Below are positions 10,171-22,830 of a DNA stretch of 64,000 bases, one piece after another. The translations under genes and the position numbers were made by a program. This DNA comes from Tubulanus polymorphus (Eukaryota > Animalia > Nemertea). The stretch is from positions 2,438,131 to 2,502,130 of the forward strand of contig NC_134033.1 of the NCBI RefSeq assembly GCF_964204645.1, in the 5' to 3' direction. The stretch's first letter is position 1, and each line of letters begins with the position of its first letter. A model generated the notes under the pieces. That model ran no database searches and was not told the origin of the DNA. It was given only the letters and a program-made list of their open reading frames with translations.

Positions 10171-13100
10171 ATGCTGCAGTCCTGTCGAAGCGTCGGTCGT
10201 TTGGATGTTGGACTGATTGTTTGGTTTGTTCTAACCGTAACGGCGCCGGTGTCTGCGACAAACACCACCAGTAAGTATAAAGACATTTCCGATATGAATG
10301 AATTAGATAACTATTCAATCAATATCATCATATAGATTTTATCAAAATGAAAATAAGTCTAGGTCAGCGTGATTTGTCTAAAGCAAGATACGGCAATTTC
10401 AGATATGATTATAATTTCATTATCATTTTGAATTACCGCACTATAATAATGCTAATACAAAAATACAAAGATGGAGGGACGCATGAAGAAACCTGTTACG
10501 GTTTATAAGGTAGATAAACAATGGTCGGGTGATCTTTGTATGAGGTAAGCTGATTTAAGGGTAACTAGGATTTAACTTCATCACGAAGTTTCATGGCGTC
10601 CGGAAACTGTAAAAAGGGCTTGCTAATTCTTTTTACGGATTCTAGGCGCCATTTCTTTTTTATTCCCGCTGGGTCCGCGTTTTGTTGGATTTTGTCTCCG
10701 TATTTGCCCGATTCGAATTTTAATTCTTGTTCATCGCGGTCGTACGGTAACTTCTTGACTAGATCTAAATTCGACCTTGATTAACTGGAAATAAGAATCC
10801 TGATTTGGTATCATCTGAATTTTACTTTTTTCGCGCAGATATCACGTGCGTAGATGAAGTACCAGAATGTTCAAAATATGCCCGGGTCGGCGACTGTGAC
10901 ATTACAACCACATTCGTACCAGCCAAGTGCCCGAACTCATGTAACGAGACGTGCGCCTGCCCGGGTAAGTGTGAATTTGGATAGGTATTTCTGGACGGAT
11001 TTCGAATATAGAGGAACCATCGATGAAAGGTCATCAACCCTCGATGAAATGCAGGAATACTGATGTTGTCCTCATTATAGCCATTGATGAAAACACTCTT
11101 GAGCCCGTGTCGGAACGATGAAATAACATCCCCGAGTCTGAAATACTTCCTCGAGCTAATGTAGTTTATTCAACGTTTCGACAATATCCTAAAAGATATC
11201 GCCAGGAATATATGTAGCAAATATTTCAAGGTTATCCATTCTTGGTGAAATACCTTTCTGTTTTTGCTGTAGACGCGTCTCTGGAGAAGTTCGCAGTCGC
11301 GGATGAATACTGTGACTGTCCGCAGTATATCAAACAGGGTCTGTACGAGTCGCCGAACGCCACCTGGGTCGGTACTCACTGCAACAGCTCCGCCTATCGA
11401 CGACAAAGTGCGTAAGCGACGATGGGTCATTTTCATTAATTATGTATAACATTCTATAAATGCTGCTAAGGTTATAGATAAAGAATGGCTGATTTTGCAT
11501 GGGGTTGGGGAGGGGGGGTTGGTGAGATATCAAGTTTTATGCGTAAATTATGTAAGGAAGTTAGTCGTTGAGTTATGAAAATGATGACCTTTCTCAGGCA
11601 CACTGAATTCAGGAAAGCGTCAACTGTCGGTCAATCGCGATCCATGTTGTTAAAACTGCCTAGGCTTAAACCTTAACGTCCAGTTTTAAGCCACGAATTA
11701 CTTGCATATAAGAAAAAAATGGATTTTTTAGATAAAAATTCCAATTCTATGCGGATACTGAATGATGCCTGTACAAATCAAATTAACCGTTTTGTGGACA
11801 GTCTTATGAAGGGATATGATTTTCACATATACGTTTAGTAGTAATGCATCTGACTTTTTGATAAATACTCGCTAGCTTCCTTGACGTGTTTGTGATATAA
11901 AATCAAAATAATGAAATGTCTTACATGTTATCGAACAATAGTGACGTTGGTTTTGATGTTCGTTCGTTTATTTTGCAGATCTGCGATGTTCGACACCGGT
12001 CCACCCGCTATACACTGAATTAGTCGAGGTTGACGAGACTTACGGTTTCAAATGGTTATCACGAGTGGCGTTCACGTGCGCCGAATACTCGTGGACGAAC
12101 ATCACCGATACCAGTTACGACGGGTTGATATTGTGTTTGAGGAACCAGACGTGGATACCGCTATCTGGCCATCAAGACCCGATATGTTATCGTAAGTTTG
12201 CAAGTACCAGTTTTTAATAGATAACGCAGCGAAGCCTCGCGCCAGTGTAGGAAAATATCGACTAAGAGCCAGTTAGGATTTTTGTTGTGTTGTTGTGGGT
12301 TTAATTAGACCCTGAACCCATAGTTTACAGCTTTATGATTAACCTGAGCCAGTTTCACAATTACGTTGGTTTAATTTGACTCTGAATCCAGTTCCACAGT
12401 TACGTGGGTTTGATTTGACTCTGAATCCAGTTTCACAGTTGCGTGGGTTTAATTTGACTCTGAATCCAGTTTCACAGTTGCGTGGGTTTAATTTGACTCT
12501 GAATCCAGTTCCACAGTTACTTGGGTTTAATTTGAGTCTGAATCCAGTTCCACAGTTACGTGGGATTAATTTGAGTCTGAATTCAGTTATTTCACAGTTG
12601 CGTGGGTTTAATTTGAGTCTGAATCCAGTTCCACAGTTGTGTGGGTTTAATTTGACTCTGAACCCAGTTCCACAGTTGTGTGGGTTTAATTTGACTCTGA
12701 ACCAAGTTCCACAGTTGTGTGGGTTTAATTATACTCAGAACCCAGTTTACAGTTTCATGGGTTAAGTTTGATCCAGTTCCACACTGTGTGGGTTTGATTT
12801 GTTTTTTCCACAGTTTATGAGTTCATCCAGTTTCAAATCTGACTTGAAGCGTCAAAGATATTTATTCCGCAGTCAAAATTTCAGGCCATGATGAAAAAAA
12901 ACTAACTAAATACGAATATAGCGCTATAGCCATTGTACATACATATTAAAAAACATATTTCAAAACCATTAAAAATCAGATCTAATCAAAAGAAATGCTT
13001 ATTTTACAGTATTTTATAAGACGCAGTTATTTTACTTCCTGGTCGTGATTTATATTTGTAATTCGGGAAAAGCCCGCCTCTAAAAACAATACGTGGGTCG

Positions 13101-16100
13101 AAATGAAAACCTAAAAATAAGTTTTTATTCACGAAAGAAATTGGCATTATTCGCATTGTCCGAAAGAAAGAGACCTGATTTTTTCCTTCCTTTTGGTGGT
13201 GAATGACTTGAACAATTATCACGATTTCAAATATATGTAGACGGTGTTTCTGAAATCTTCGAGCTGTCAAACTAAAGCAGATTTCAATTGAACGTATTCC
13301 GGCTTAAGAATAGCAATTCCGGATTAAATAAAAATCTTTAAATTAATCTTCCGGCCGCTTCTAATAGGTTTACAGATTACAAACTCTACCGACCGCTTCT
13401 ATCGGGTTTACAGATTACAAACTCTCTACCGGCCGCTTCTATCGGGTTTACAGATTACAAACTCTCTACCGGCCGCTTTTATCAGGTTTACAGATTACAA
13501 ACTCTCTACCGGCCGATTCTATCGGGTTTACAGATTACAAACTCTCTACCGGCCGCTTCAATCGGGTTTACAGATAACAAACTCTCTACCGGGCGCTTCT
13601 ATCAGGTTTATAGATTACAAACTCTCTACCGGCCGCTTATATCAGGTTTACAGATTACAAACTCTCTACCGGGCGCTTCTATCAGGTTTACAGATTACAA
13701 ACTCTCTACCGGCCGCTTCTATCGGGTTTACAGATTACAAACTCTCTACCGGCCGCTTCTATCAGGTTTACAGATAACAAACTCTCTTCCGGCCGCTTCT
13801 ATCAGGTTTACAGATTACAAACTGTCTACCGGCCGCTTCTATCGGGTTTACAGATTACAAACTCTCTACCGGCCGCTTCTATCAGGTTTACAGATTACAA
13901 ACTCTCTACCGGCCGCTTCTATCGGGTTTAAAGATTACAAACTCTCTACCGGCCGCTTCTATCAGGTTTACAGATTACAAACTCTCTACCGGCCGCTTCT
14001 ATCGGGTTTACAGATAACAAACTCTCTTCCGGCCGCTTCTAATAGGTTTACAGATTACAAACTCTCTACCGGCCGCTTCTATCAGGTTTACAGATTACAA
14101 ACTCTCTACCGGCCGCTTCAATCGGGTTTACAGATTACAAACTCTCTACCGGCCGCTTCTATCGGGTTTACAGATTACAAACTCTCTACCGGCCGCTTCT
14201 ATCAGGTTTATAGATTACAAACTCTCTACCGGCCGCTTATATCAGGTTTACAGATTACAAACTCTCTACCGGGCGCTTCTATCAGGTTTACAGATTACAA
14301 ACTCTCTACCGGGCGCTTCTATCAGGTTTACAGATTACAAACTCTCTACCGGCCGCTTCTATCAGGTTTACAGATTACAAACTCTCTACCGGCCGCTTCT
14401 ATCAGGTTTACAGATTACAAACTCTCTACCGGGCGCTTCAATCAGGTTTACAGATTACAAACTCTCTACCGGCCGCTTCTATCGGGTTTACAGATTACAA
14501 ACTCTCTACCGGCCGCTTCTATCAGGTTTACAGATTACAAACTCTCTACCGGCCGCTTCTATCGGGTTTAAAGATTACAAACTCTCTACCGGCCGCTTCT
14601 ATCAGGTTTACAGATTACAAACTCTCTACCGGCCGCTTCTATCAGGTTTACAGATTACGAACTCTCTACCGGCCGCTTCTATCAGGTTTACAGATTACAA
14701 ACTCTCTACCGGCCGCTTCTATCGGGTTAACAGATTACAAACTCTCTACTGGTCGCTTCTATCAGGTTTACAGATTACAAACTCTCTACCGGCCGCTTCT
14801 ATCAGGTTTACAGATTACAAACTCTCTACCGGCCGCTTCTATCAGGTTTACAGATTACAAACTCTCTACCGGTCGCTTCTATCAGGTTTACAGATTACAA
14901 CTCTCTACCGGCCGCTTCTATCAGGTTTATAGATGCTATTCTGGAGTAGGTAGAGCGTATTCTGGTCGAAGCGAATGCGCCATAGGAGAATTACGAAATG
15001 AAATGACATCACTCAAGTCCGATCTTGGGACCGTAAAAATGTGCCCGACTCGGGTAATATCTAAGTTGCGTGATATGATATATATCATAGCGTCACAAAA
15101 AAATATTTTAACATATTCCAGTTGAACGGTTATTTCCGAGTTCTTCGGACACGGCGGAGTTCTACTGTAATGTATGATTTTCGTGTATTTCTAGTGAGAA
15201 ACTGTACGGATGAACCGCCCGATTTCGACCACTCGACGTGGAACGTGTCCGAGCCGCAAAACGCCGATGGCTTTCTGTATAACACCACGGCGACTTACAC
15301 CTGTCATTTAGGATACGAACTGAAACAAGGTTCACCGGTTAAACGATGCGACGCGAATTCTACGTGGAACGGTTGGGTCGACGACGAGACCGTTCACTGC
15401 GGACGTAGGTTATTACACAACATGCCTATTATATGTATAGTATCCTAATTTGAACCGTAGGAACTCCGAATATTTAGCGAAACTTACTTGTTAGCTTTCG
15501 CCTGTTTCTACAGGCTTGATCGCACTGATGATGTCACTGCTGACGTCATCCGGGATTCCGGTCTTCCCTCGAGAATCAGCTGTGTGTGTACCCCCCCTCC
15601 CTAGAACGGGACAGCACGTTGTGTAGATGAACATACATCACCCTATTATATGTAGTCATATGCCAGAGGCGGATCCGGGGGAGTTGGGTTTCCGAGGGTT
15701 CTGGAATACCGTTGGGCCCGTTCGTCTGTGCCCCTAAATTCATGGATTTGACGTAAAGGCGCCCTCGTTTGGCATGATTTGGCATAAAGTAAGTGCCCCG
15801 AAAAACCACGAGTTGATGTTAAGTGCCCCTTTTTGTCGTTACTCGGCATAGAAAGTGCCCTCCCCCTTAGTAGTGAGTGCCCTTATACAATCCAGAACCC
15901 CCTCGAGATAGGGCCCTGGATACGCCCCTTTATTATGCAGGTCAACTGCCGATAAATACTCCCTAACCCCGCGGGGAACCATGAAAACCTCGATACATGT
16001 GTGGTGTCTTCAGTCAACACCCCGGTCTAATGCAAGGTTTTTCCACCATCGCTTGCCAGGGTTTGATTGCTTTCCGCCGAAGCTCACGCTGACACAAACC

Positions 16101-17673
16101 AGTCTATATATCCAGCAAATCAGATGCGTAGTTATTATCGAGCGAATCTGCCTGTGAAAAACAACGTATCTGGTTGGCTCAATACTAATGGCCGCTGGGT
16201 GGCTACCTGTCCGCCAAAGATGTCTTAGGCGTTGCAATAGACCAATGAAAGAACTGCGAACGGTCTTTGCGTGAACTTCAGCGGGATGCAATGAAAACCC
16301 TGGCAAGCGAGGATAGGTTTCTGAAAACGGCATGTTTGTATTCCATCGTGAAATTAGTCAAAATCAACTCGTCTTTTTTAGTTCGATGGTTCTTAGATGT
16401 TCTAATGTCTGTTTTACCTAGTTGTTGATTGCGGTCAGCCGATACTGCCGGCTGCTGGTATCGTGCTGTCTATAAACCTAACCACGTACGGCTCTGAAGT
16501 AGAGTTCGGTTGTCGCGAAGGTTACTACCTGGAGAACAACGACAGCGCGCTGGCCACCTGTCTAGAAACGCGCGAATGGAGTCAAATACCAAAATGTTTA
16601 GGTAATTATTAAATTTTTGATTATTATTCAGGTAATTGTCAGGTAATCAATGGACAAGAACATCTATCTAAGAGTAAAGAAAAAATTAAGACGGCAGAAG
16701 AAGGCTGCCTCACTCGATGCCGTGATGCTGTTTCAAGATCTTTCACTAAAATTTGTTCATCGGCCATGTTTAATTTCACCAGTCGCTTGGAAGAAGACAT
16801 CGTTTACGCACAGGGGGTTCTTCAACTCGCTTGGCCCACAACCGTTTAAGTGGCACCCACTTCGTTGAATAGATTCGTTCCTGATTCGATTTTTATATTC
16901 TACATATTATTTGCATATTTTATAGGAGTCGACTGCGGAACACCGCCATCTATCGACAACGGAACGATCCAGACCGGAAGTACACGACATCCTAACGAAG
17001 CCGGCTACGTCTGCGCAGATAGTCACGTGATCCAACAAGCCGGTAATCTCGTGTGCGACAAGACCGGAAATTGGAACGGAACGATTCCGTATTGTATCGG
17101 TAAGTCTTCAGTTTGCATTTATACGTTTAGAATTTTCGTAGACACCGGAATTTTCTTTTCATTTTAGAAAAACCGCGAGGTGGCGGACGAGTCGAGCCCA
17201 CCGCATCCACGCCCATTGCTGTAATCATAGGTGGCGCTTGCGGTGGGGCGGTCATCTTGTTGCTGGTCATAATTCTGATCGTTGTACTGGTAAGAAAACG
17301 ACGCGAACAAAATCCAGAACAGAACGATAGAATAACTATGAGGAACCGCGAACAGCGGCCGGTAGGGGCCGCTGATTCATCGTCTGGCGATACAAACGTA
17401 GATGGCGTTAGTAAACGGAAAACTGCGTTCGACTGGATTTCGAATCGTCTGTACGTGGACAACCGAAAAGTCGTCAATCGACTGAAACGTATAACCTTTC
17501 TTCCCAAGAATGGACTAACCACCAGGAAGTCGAGGGCGCCTTCCGTTTTTTACGATAACGACACCTACCAGAACGACGACAAGCAGGCGGATTTTAGTCC
17601 CGATAATGAACTGCAGGTGGTGCTGGCAGACGATGCGGCTAGTAGCGTGGTGGCTAATGGGGCAAAAACATGA
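10171..17673 (+). CDS. 8-exon type I membrane protein: signal peptide, ShKT, ShKT-like, 4 sushi/CCP domains, TM, cytoplasmic tail (~547 aa)
   Basis: Exons 10171-10270, 10839-10964, 11273-11407, 11979-12191, 15195-15404, 16422-16601, 16926-17099 and 17168-17673. All introns are GT-AG and phase 1, and the frame is continuous. ShKT: CVDEVPECSKYARVGDCDITTTFVPAKCPNSCNETC. Sushi exons show C..P...Y/FxC..G...C...W..C. TM is IAVIIGGACGGAVILLLVIILIVVLV followed by RKRR. Confidence 0.85.
12335..12830. repeat. 39-bp minisatellite (intronic); related array at 60118-60450
   Basis: Tandem GGGTTTAATTTGACTCTGAATCCAGTTCCACAGTTGTGT. Confidence 0.92.
13350..14932. repeat. 40-bp minisatellite, ~39 copies (intronic)
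   Basis: Tandem ATCAGGTTTACAGATTACAAACTCTCTACCGGCCGCTTCT. Confidence 0.97.
15664..15929. mobile_element. MITE with AG(A/G)GGCGGATCC-type terminal inverted repeats
   Basis: CAGAGGCGGATCCGGGG ... CCCTGGATACGCCCCT, with internal AGTGCCC repeats. Confidence 0.65.
16050..16314. mobile_element. MITE with CGCTTGCCAGGGTTT terminal inverted repeats
   Basis: CGCTTGCCAGGGTTTGATTGC ... GCAATGAAAACCCTGGCAAGCG. Confidence 0.7.
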
Positions 17674-18640
17674 TGAAATTTCGTCAGCTATTATGTACAC
17701 TGATTTTAAGTTTGCTGTGAAAATTTATTACAAAATAATTATGAAAAAATGTAAATTAGGTTAAGGTACTGGCCCTACGAGTTGGCCTACATCTGAGATG
17801 TTTTTAAATCAATCTATTTGATTTCTTTCCGTTTCCATCTGATTTTGAGACGTCTGTTGACAGGGGAATTGCGAAATGGGGAAATCCCAGACTGTTGGCG
17901 AACATTACCCCAGCAATGGCCACCTTCACCATTAACCATCGGATCAAAATGCCCCATATGATCAACATTACACGATATAAATAGACATTTTTGCTTGTTA
18001 TTAGGTCAAGATGAAGGGATTCGTAGTTATGAGTTGAAACTAATTACCATTTTACTCAATCTCTGTTTGTATGCCTGTATTTGATTGTAACTGATTCTTC
18101 GTTTGTATTTGTTTTTCTTTTAGAATAATGATTTAAGATACTGAGTTAACTATTGATTTCCGTTTCAAATCAATATCCGTATCAAAATTTTCATTCTGGT
18201 TTCAGTGTCTTTCGCGTGTGTAAGGTTTTATATCCAAAGGAAGTATGGATTAATTTCATCGCGGTGGTTGAACCATGATCGTGCGTAAAGTAGGAATTCT
18301 GATCAGTGTTTTAGACTCATCCACAAGTTTTCCTCGTTAACTGCGCAACGAACGGCTACTTTAGAAAAAGTGCTAAAAGATCGAATTAGTATAGGCAATC
18401 TGAAAATATCAGCATAGGGTAATTCGAATAGGCAGCCACATTTCCTTATCAACCTAAAGGCGCTTCGCTAACTGAGTAATTCCTTCAACCTTTTCATATG
18501 GTTTTTGCCAATATTCTCTGAATTTGTATTGAACGCCGATGATTTATCTATTGTGACCCCCGGAAGTGCGTCATTTAGGCAATCGGAGGCGACAGCCGCC
18601 ATCTTTTTTCTTTGGTGTTCGAAAACGAACGATTTGTGGA

Positions 18641-18988
18641 TAATCGCCGTCCTCTCTCGGCAGGGATTCGAACCTGGTGGCATCGGAACTGGCCACGGCA
18701 CGAAAACCTGCCGCGCTAGCCCAGGTGCGCATCTACATGTCAGATAAGAGAGACTCTGGCGCTCTTTGAACCGCGCCTTCTCATATCATTAGCCATCCTT
18801 CCACGGCAGGGTAAATTTCAAGGAAGAACTATAAATGGGCTAAAATAAAACGGGATATCTGATTGGCTGATAATGATATCATCTAAGCTGCGCGTGTAGC
18901 TGCGAACTCTGTCTAGTGTGTGGCAAATTTCGTACCATGGCAAGTCTCGATGCCATCAGGTTCGAATCCCTGCCGGGGGAGGATGATC
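18641..18988. repeat. Inverted pair (~100-bp arms) of tRNA/SINE-like sequences just 3' of the minus-strand GPCR
   Basis: CGGCAGGGATTCGAACCTGGTGGCATCG (~18658) versus CGATGCCATCAGGTTCGAATCCCTGCCG (~18948); complementarity continues inward. Confidence 0.75.
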
Positions 18989-18989
18989 A

Positions 18990-19982
18990 TTAGCCGGGCT
19001 CGGTTTTACCCCGGCACGTGAGCTTTTCTACGAAATACTGGCGCACATCCGTGCCGACTAGAATATAAATGTAGAAATTCACCGCAAAATTGCAGCATTC
19101 CAACATCTGAAAGGCGGCGAATAGGGGCTGTTTGACGGAGGCCGGTAACGAGACCAGAGCGGTGATAGTGCTGGGTATAGTCGTCACGGCGAACACGGTC
19201 GACACGGTCAACAACATGACGGCGACTCGCTTACCAGATCTGATCGTTTTCGTATTGTTGACAGAGTCGGCTAGATCGTTTACGCGGCGTCGGTTCAGAA
19301 AAATGACGATCAGTACGTTGGATACGAGTATGATCGTTAACGGGGCTACGTACAGATACAAGACTAGAAACATGAAATGCGCTTGTTGAGTTCGGCGCCG
19401 GTAGAAACAACCGTTCGGTTTCGTGTAACGCATTATGAAGAGAATGTCGGCTGCGGCTAGGACGGCGCTGGGTACGATGACGGTGGCTAGAACCACGCGG
19501 GCGAAACGAGGCGTGCAGATCCGCCGGAAACGGAACGGGAAGAGTATCGCTACTAAACGTTCGATTGTAGTAACCACGATCAACCACGAACTGCAGTTCC
19601 CTCCCAGTTGGAATATGAACTCGTACAGTTTACATAGGTGCACGCTACTGAACGCAATCCCGTGGCGCCCGGTCAACGAGAAAACGGCGTATTCCAAAAT
19701 CGGGATACCGGTAAAACTCAAACAGATCGATAAATCGCTGATTGCCAAAGCTGTCAGGTAAACGGCGTAGGAATACCTTCGAAACTTGCGACTGGTCATC
19801 ACTAGAAAACTGGCCACGTTGCCGAACAAACCGCAACAGAAAATAGCGGGAAGCACGATCTGTTTCAGCAGACGGAAGTTACCGCTCGATTGTGAGATCG
19901 TTAGCAGCGCGTACGAACTGTGGTACGGTTTACCGATATCGCCGTCTGCGCTCTTCCATCTGTCGGTCGAATTCAGCAGCAT
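18990..19982 (-). CDS. Intronless rhodopsin-family GPCR (FMRFamide-receptor-like orphan), 330 aa
   Basis: GLFGN, LAISD, TIERL, CTPRFAR and NFYIY motifs; 7 TM segments. Confidence 0.93.
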   Translation of the reverse strand: MLLNSTDRWKSADGDIGKPYHSSYALLTISQSSGNFRLLKQIVLPAIFCCGLFGNVASFLVMTSRKFRRYSYAVYLTALAISDLSICLSFTGIPILEYAVFSLTGRHGIAFSSVHLCKLYEFIFQLGGNCSSWLIVVTTIERLVAILFPFRFRRICTPRFARVVLATVIVPSAVLAAADILFIMRYTKPNGCFYRRRTQQAHFMFLVLYLYVAPLTIILVSNVLIVIFLNRRRVNDLADSVNNTKTIRSGKRVAVMLLTVSTVFAVTTIPSTITALVSLPASVKQPLFAAFQMLECCNFAVNFYIYILVGTDVRQYFVEKLTCRGKTEPG

Positions 19983-20409
19983 GTCGTCTGCCGTACTCTC
20001 CCAGCAGTGTTCGATACTCCAATCAACAACGCATAACTCAGATTAATTAATCGATTAATGCGGAAATCGATTCGAGCCAACAAAAAAGACCGGCGAAGTA
20101 TTTGTATAGATCTGAAATGATATCCGATTCCTAACTAAGTAATTATTTCCTGGTGCCCGAAGGCTTGCTATTTGGTATACGCTGAAAATGAAATCCAATA
20201 TTTCATGTATTTATATTGGATTTTTTCCAGGATATAGATGAAATATCCTGGAGCGGTTTGGATTATGATGATCAAATATCAAAAAGATCTAGTAAATTTC
20301 ATTGATTAGTTAATAATCTACTCGATCTCCTGCGCCCCTAAAACATTCCATACTGTATTTCCTTTCCAACAACTTCAAATATCGGACTGAGATATATTCC
20401 GAATTGGAA

Positions 20410-20795
20410 GTGATCTACAAACACCAGACATTAGACATTCCATCAGCAAACTTTCAAAAACTGATCGTCCACACTTCACACGTGTTCAGAACTTCACCCG
20501 AGACATTTTTAAGTGAAAATGAACTACAAACACCAGACATTAGACATTTTATCGGAACATTTTCAAAAACGGATCATCCACACTTCACATGTGTTCAGAA
20601 CTTCACCCGAGACATTTTTAAGTGAAAATGAACTACAAACACCAGCCATTAGACGTTTTATCGGAACATTTTCAAAAACGGATCATCCACACTTCACATG
20701 TGTTCAGTGCTTCACCTGAGACATTTTCAATAGAAAATGAACTACAAACACCAGATATCAGACATTTCATCAGCACACTCTCAAAAACTGATTGT
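20410..20795. repeat. 109-bp tandem repeat, ~3.5 copies; further copy at 36655-36800
   Basis: AATGAACTACAAACACCAG recurs at 20518, 20627 and 20736. Confidence 0.88.
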
Positions 20796-21274
20796 CCAGG
20801 TCTACCCCTTCAATGGCGAATGTCTGTTGGGCAGCAAGTAGATACGGTACTTGGATTAGGGATCATTTCAAGACTAAAACCATTCAGCATACCAAGATTC
20901 AATTGCAATTTCTGTATTGTACATTCTAATCTGAAATCGATAAATGCTTCCTCTCTCAAGATTGTCCTCCTCAGCGAATAGGGTTTGAAATTGCAACGAT
21001 TGCTTGGAAAATTGCTAAATCAATGATAAGAAAATATTATGATGTGTAATCTAAAACAAAATCGCGCCTAGATAATGAGGTAATTGCTTGATATCCTGTG
21101 GTCACTGGAAGGTGATTTGTCATATGGGATCGAAGACGAATGCGAAAATATAGACAAAGCAAAGTTAACAATCGGAGGCAGGCAGCAGACGGCTTCCGAC
21201 CCGCGTCAAGTCAGACGGCTTCAGGTCAACGATGTAACAATCAAACATTCAACCATACACCTAACACAATCGAG

Positions 21275-22258
21275 ATGGCGCCGGCGAACGGAACCGACGT
21301 CACCGAATGCCCGTATCTATCGAAGAATAACGTCTGGTTGACCGTGTTGTTGTACGTATCGACGCCGATCTGTTTGACCGGGTTCGTTTTGAACGCTATC
21401 AGTTTCGTGATTTTACGCAGGCACAATTCGCGTTCGAATTCTTTCCACCTGTTGCAGATTTTGGCCGTCGTCGATAACTGTTTTCTGTTAGTGTCCGTGT
21501 CGTTGGTGAACGTGCGTCGGTTTTTCTCCTATTTGACGTACGGCTGGATGTTTTTCTATCTATCGGACGCCTTCATCGGGCCGCGATTCCTGGTCTACCT
21601 GGCCCCGCCGCATCTGACCATGCGTATGATCAGGAACTGGCTGATCGTATTGATGAGTCTCGACCGCGCTATTCATATCGTTTTCCCTTTGAAATCGATC
21701 GTTGTATGCACGAAATTCAAGCTTAACTTATCATTCGCTTTCATAGTCGTATTCAGCGCTGGGTTGCAAGGTTTCAAATTTTGTTGTTTGAGGCTTTCCC
21801 ACCAGATTCCCAAATGCCCAGCGGTCAATATTCCGTTACTGCGATTTCACAATGAAATCCCAGACGGTTTGGATGAACTGAGTATCGTCGCCTTGATAAT
21901 AATTTTGCCATTTGTAATTCTCTGCGTGACAAATACAATATTATCCGTGCACTTGTACAAAGCACGCGCCAACCGACAGACGATGGTGACGTCTGGCGGC
22001 GCGCAAGGGAAAGACCAAGAATTGCAGGCGACGCTGCTCGCTTTAGGTATCGTGGTGACATTTCTTGTTTGCGAGAGCCCGAACAGCGTGGAGCGGATCG
22101 TCGAAATCGTCTTCTACAACGGCAGACGATTGCGCACGCATCCTATGATGCAGGTTTCCATTCAAATGGATTCCTGCGTCAATTTTCTAGTTTACTGTCT
22201 GTCGAGTAAAAAATTCCGAACGCTGACGGCGCAGATGTTAACCAGGAGAAAGGACTGA
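21275..22258 (+). CDS. Intronless rhodopsin-family GPCR (FMRFamide/sex-peptide-receptor-like orphan)
   Basis: LAVVD, RNWL..MSLDR, FLVCESP and NFLVY motifs. Probable start is MAPANGT at 21275; an in-frame ATG also lies at 21140. Confidence 0.92.
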   Translation: MAPANGTDVTECPYLSKNNVWLTVLLYVSTPICLTGFVLNAISFVILRRHNSRSNSFHLLQILAVVDNCFLLVSVSLVNVRRFFSYLTYGWMFFYLSDAFIGPRFLVYLAPPHLTMRMIRNWLIVLMSLDRAIHIVFPLKSIVVCTKFKLNLSFAFIVVFSAGLQGFKFCCLRLSHQIPKCPAVNIPLLRFHNEIPDGLDELSIVALIIILPFVILCVTNTILSVHLYKARANRQTMVTSGGAQGKDQELQATLLALGIVVTFLVCESPNSVERIVEIVFYNGRRLRTHPMMQVSIQMDSCVNFLVYCLSSKKFRTLTAQMLTRRKD

Positions 22259-22384
22259 ATTAAAGTCTGAATCGAGATCTTCCCTTTTTTCCCCAATTTT
22301 GACAGGTTTCGATTGGTCACTATCGATTCTGGAATTGGTGTGTTCGTTTGTATCAGAATCCACCCTATCTATTCCGCAAAATGC

Positions 22385-22830
22385 AAAATCTGTAAACTTG
22401 ATAGAAGCGGCCGGTAGAGAGTTTGTAATCTGTAAACCTGATAGAAGCGGCCGGTAGAGAGTTTGTAATCTGTAAACCTGATAGAAGCGGCCGGTAGAGA
22501 GTTTGTAATCTTTAAACCCGATAGAAGCGGCCGGTAGAGAGTTTGTAATCTGTAAACCTGATAGAAGCGGCCGGTAGAGAGTTTGTAATCTGTAAACCTG
22601 ATAGAAGCGGCCGGTAGAGAGTTTGTAATCTTTAAACCCGATAGAAGCGGCCGTTAGAGAGTTTGTAATCTGTAAACCTGATAGAAGCGGCCGGTAGAGA
22701 GTTTGTAATCTTTAAACCCGATAGAAGCGATCGGTAGAGAGTTTGTAATCTGTAAACCCGATAGAAGCGGCCGGTAGAGAGTTTGTAATCTTTAAACCCG
22801 ATAGAAGCGATCGGTAGAGAGTTTGTAATC
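22385..22830. repeat. 40-bp minisatellite, ~11 copies, reverse orientation of the 13350-14932 array
   Basis: Tandem ATAGAAGCGGCCGGTAGAGAGTTTGTAATCTGTAAACCTG. Confidence 0.96.

Noticed and set aside
12376-12765. 129-aa repetitive ORF (also 60129-60482)
   Set aside because: It is only the translation of a 39-bp minisatellite in an intron or 3' flank.
13350-14932. CRISPR-like regular array
   Set aside because: Units are contiguous with no unique spacers, there are no cas genes, and the context is eukaryotic. The same applies to the other arrays.
14932-14975. Kringle-like CYSGVGRAYSGR after the satellite
   Set aside because: The rest of a kringle is absent, and the stretch corresponds to the flank of the repeat cassette.
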